IMG/VR virus record: IMGVR_UViG_3300032245_001860
Location: 1-64,000 of that record
DNA length: 64,000 nucleotides
Strand: one strand, 5' to 3'
Both the position numbers and the translations under genes were made by a program. The first letter of the stretch is position 1; each line of letters starts with the position of its first letter. Positions 61,465 to 64,000 of the stretch are shown here, piece after piece. The notes beneath the pieces were generated by a model, which did no database searches, was not told the DNA's origin, and was given only the letters and a program-made list of their open reading frames with translations.

Positions 61465-61722
61465 TTATTTAACTTGTGAAATCTTTAAAAATATTTCATG
61501 TAAAGTTGAAGCTTCTTTTTCAAAACCTTTTTCTTCAAGAGCTGTGATAACTTTATTAAGTTCATTCAAGCTCTTCTTTTTTCTTTTCTTAGTCTTTTTC
61601 TTTTTGAATTTTGACCAAGCTATTGCCCAAGCAATTGATTCTTTTTGTTTATCGCTTTTGTCAGGATAAAATTCAGGATCAGCAATTAAGGCATCATGTA
61701 TTTCGTCAACTTTCTTTGGCAT
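61465..61722 (-). CDS. Small basic protein with C-terminal tag
   Basis: MPKKV..AWAIAWS; LNKVITALEEKGFEKEASTL. Confidence 0.6.
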   Translation of the reverse strand: MPKKVDEIHDALIADPEFYPDKSDKQKESIAWAIAWSKFKKKKTKKRKKKSLNELNKVITALEEKGFEKEASTLHEIFLKISQVK

Positions 61723-61723
61723 A

Positions 61724-62626
61724 TTATTCTCCTTTCAAAATTTTGATTGCTTTATCAACATCATTTTGAGTCAAGCCTTGTTTGTCTTTTGTTTTTACAA
61801 AGTTAGGGTTGTCAAAATCTTCATCTGTACTTAAATGATCATCATCTAATATCACATAACGCTCAGGTGAATATTCTTTAATTATTTTATTTATTTGTTT
61901 CCATCTGTCATCATGCTCAACTCCACCTTTTTCAGTTGCGCATTCCAATTCACCTTTGAATCCTTTATCTTCAAATATTTTTTGCATTTCTTTGATAGAT
62001 AAAACATTTCTCCAAGCAGATGAAATAACTATAGTAGGATTTACTTCTTCAACTATTTGATTTAATAGTTTGATTTTATCTTTTTGAATATATTTTGAAA
62101 GTTTGCCTTGATCAAAATCTTCTGGATGTTTCATTATATGTAAATGCGGATCTGTATTTAAAACTCCATCACAATCCAAGAATAACATTTTTGTTTGAGA
62201 TGCATAAAGTTTAGAAACAGCTTCTAAAATATGTTTTTTGCCATCCCATAAAATTTCAGGAAGATCATTTACATCAAACCATTTTAAAGCTTCACAATCA
62301 CTATCAGCTACTGGCTCTTTGTCATCTTTGTATTTGTAAGCATAAATATCGCAAAATCTTCCGTCTGATTCTGATTTGAACGATTTTTCAATTGTGTGTA
62401 GTTTTTTCTTTTTAAGCTTAAGATGAGTTTCTTCTTTGATTTCTCTGACAGCTGCTGATTCTGATGACTCTCCTGATTCTATTTTTCCACCAGGTATTGC
62501 ATATTTTGTTGAAGTTTTTTGCTCTAATAAAACTTCAACTTTGTCATCTTCTTTTCTAAATACAATAACACAAGCTACTGATTTGCTGTCACTCATTGTT
62601 CCACTTTGAGCTATTTTGTACCACAT
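61724..62626 (-). CDS. Nudix hydrolase fused to HAD (Swiss-army-knife RNA-repair-like) domain, MWYK N-terminus
   Basis: GGKIESGESSESAAVREIKEETHL Nudix box; FLDCDGVLN, VISSAWR and YVILDD motifs. Confidence 0.85.
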   Translation of the reverse strand: MWYKIAQSGTMSDSKSVACVIVFRKEDDKVEVLLEQKTSTKYAIPGGKIESGESSESAAVREIKEETHLKLKKKKLHTIEKSFKSESDGRFCDIYAYKYKDDKEPVADSDCEALKWFDVNDLPEILWDGKKHILEAVSKLYASQTKMLFLDCDGVLNTDPHLHIMKHPEDFDQGKLSKYIQKDKIKLLNQIVEEVNPTIVISSAWRNVLSIKEMQKIFEDKGFKGELECATEKGGVEHDDRWKQINKIIKEYSPERYVILDDDHLSTDEDFDNPNFVKTKDKQGLTQNDVDKAIKILKGE

Positions 62627-62696
62627 GCTAATTTTATTCTGCCTTACTTGCTTTTTTTCTTGTTATTGTGTATTATCTAATTTGAGGTGATATAAA

Positions 62697-63305
62697 ATGT
62701 TTGTACCAGAAAGCAGATCCTGGAAAGAATTGTTTGTTTATGAAAGCAATTTGATAGATCCACAACCAGGCTATATAGGAAACTCTCCTGGTTGTCCGAT
62801 GTTTGAAAATCACATGAATGCTATTAATTTTTGCCTAAGTAATGGCTGGGAGTTAAATGAAAATACTCCACTTGACATACATAGATTTTTAACTCGTGGC
62901 ATACCTTTTTTTGAAGATCATAATTCATCAGGTAAATATAGAACAGTGGATGTTTGGATTGGCCATGATTTATGTCCTAATCCTATTTTAATTCCTAATC
63001 TTATGAATCAATGGTTTAAGATTACCAATAAAATGATGAATAGTTTTATTAACAAATGTGGCAATGAATCAGAAGCTCGTAAAATAGCTTGGATTTCGCA
63101 TCATATTTTTGAAACCATACATCCTTTTATAGATGGGAATGGAAGAACTGGTAGGCTTTTATTGGCCAAAATTTTACATGATTTAGGTCATGATCCAATT
63201 GTTGTAAGATTTGATGATAGATTTGAATATTATGATGCTATTCAAAGTTTTAGAGATCAATATTGGACTGGCAAGCAATTCATAATTACTGACTTCGAAA
63301 TGTAA
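62697..63305 (+). CDS. Fic-domain protein
   Basis: HPFIDGNGRTGR motif. Confidence 0.92.
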   Translation: MFVPESRSWKELFVYESNLIDPQPGYIGNSPGCPMFENHMNAINFCLSNGWELNENTPLDIHRFLTRGIPFFEDHNSSGKYRTVDVWIGHDLCPNPILIPNLMNQWFKITNKMMNSFINKCGNESEARKIAWISHHIFETIHPFIDGNGRTGRLLLAKILHDLGHDPIVVRFDDRFEYYDAIQSFRDQYWTGKQFIITDFEM

Positions 63306-63330
63306 AAAACCGGGGTTTTTCCCCGGTTTT

Positions 63331-63999
63331 TTATAAGATTCTTACTGGTCCTGAAGATAAGTTGCTTGATGGTGTGCTTGGTGAAGAAATATTTTCATTT
63401 TCATTTTTTTCACCACCTGTAAAATCTTTTACTTTATCTTTGACAAATTTACCAGCTGTTCCAATTTTTTCTTCAATAGCTTGTACTAAATTTTCAAGCA
63501 TACCCTTGTCTTTATTGTCAAGATTCATTTTTTCAATTTCTTTTAATAGTTCAGAAGATTTTTCCACAAGTGTATTTGCAAGATTAATATCTATTTGCTC
63601 TAATGCATCTGACATTTTAGATATTTTATAAGATAAATCTTTTGATTGGAGATAAGCTTTTCCAGTGTTAGAAATATTTCTATACCAAAGATCTTCAGCG
63701 CCTTTTGTAAGTACATTTCCAGCCCCACCAGTTAGACTTCCAACTAATGCTCCAATTGGTCCACCTATAACACCACCAGCTGCACCCCCTGCTAAAGCAC
63801 CAGTAAAAAACTCTCTTAAGTAACCCGGCATTTCTTCTTCAATATTTCCTCTTATTGCCAGTTTTTGAGTTTTTGCATTGTAAACTTTTCTGAAATTAAT
63901 ATTACAAGCAGTTTTTACTGTTTCTTTGCCTTCATCAAACTTTTTCATTCCTTCTTTTGCCAATTCTTTAATTTGATCTGTAAGTTGAGAAACTGTTGG
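63331..63999 (-). CDS. Glycine-zipper protein (5' end outside window)
   Basis: Frame open to window edge; GALAGGAAGGVIGGPIGALVGSLTGGAG. Confidence 0.65.
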   Translation of the reverse strand, partial: PTVSQLTDQIKELAKEGMKKFDEGKETVKTACNINFRKVYNAKTQKLAIRGNIEEEMPGYLREFFTGALAGGAAGGVIGGPIGALVGSLTGGAGNVLTKGAEDLWYRNISNTGKAYLQSKDLSYKISKMSDALEQIDINLANTLVEKSSELLKEIEKMNLDNKDKGMLENLVQAIEEKIGTAGKFVKDKVKDFTGGEKNENENISSPSTPSSNLSSGPVRIL

Positions 64000-64000
64000 T

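Noticed and set aside
33300-62660. Late promoter motif AAG-N17-18-GAATA
   Set aside because: Seen loosely before a few genes but too degenerate in AT-rich DNA to support without motif statistics

Overview
AT-rich segment of a large (jumbo/huge) tailed-phage genome; a DUF1559-type pilin-like gene suggests an Armatimonadota host. It has two distinct halves. Positions 1-27.3 kb are an early/host-takeover region: rIIA/rIIB, tRNAs, a NlaIII/IceA-like restriction-modification pair, divergent XRE genes and dozens of small genes. These sit in self-contained promoter-gene(s)-terminator cassettes delimited by 26 copies of a 24-bp palindrome, TGGGGT(GG/GA/TA)T-N6-A(CC/TC/TA)ACCCCA, whose arms co-vary perfectly and which carries outer TTATTTG/CAAATAA boxes. 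Several cassettes appear to express small RNAs displaying anti-Shine-Dalgarno/anti-AUG sequence, many genes look leaderless, and an unannotated ArfA-like gene lies on a predicted non-stop mRNA. Together these suggest a translation-takeover toolkit. After a G-run-rich boundary near 28.3 kb there are probable virion/late proteins sharing portable peptide tags (an LxKxANxLD..G..AD helix and an MWY[RK] N-terminus), tandem paralogues, PcfJ-like proteins, a GH108 lysozyme, a sugar-modification operon, RusA, a second DNA methyltransferase, a Nudix-HAD fusion and a Fic protein. All calls come from reading motifs by eye; no database searches were run.
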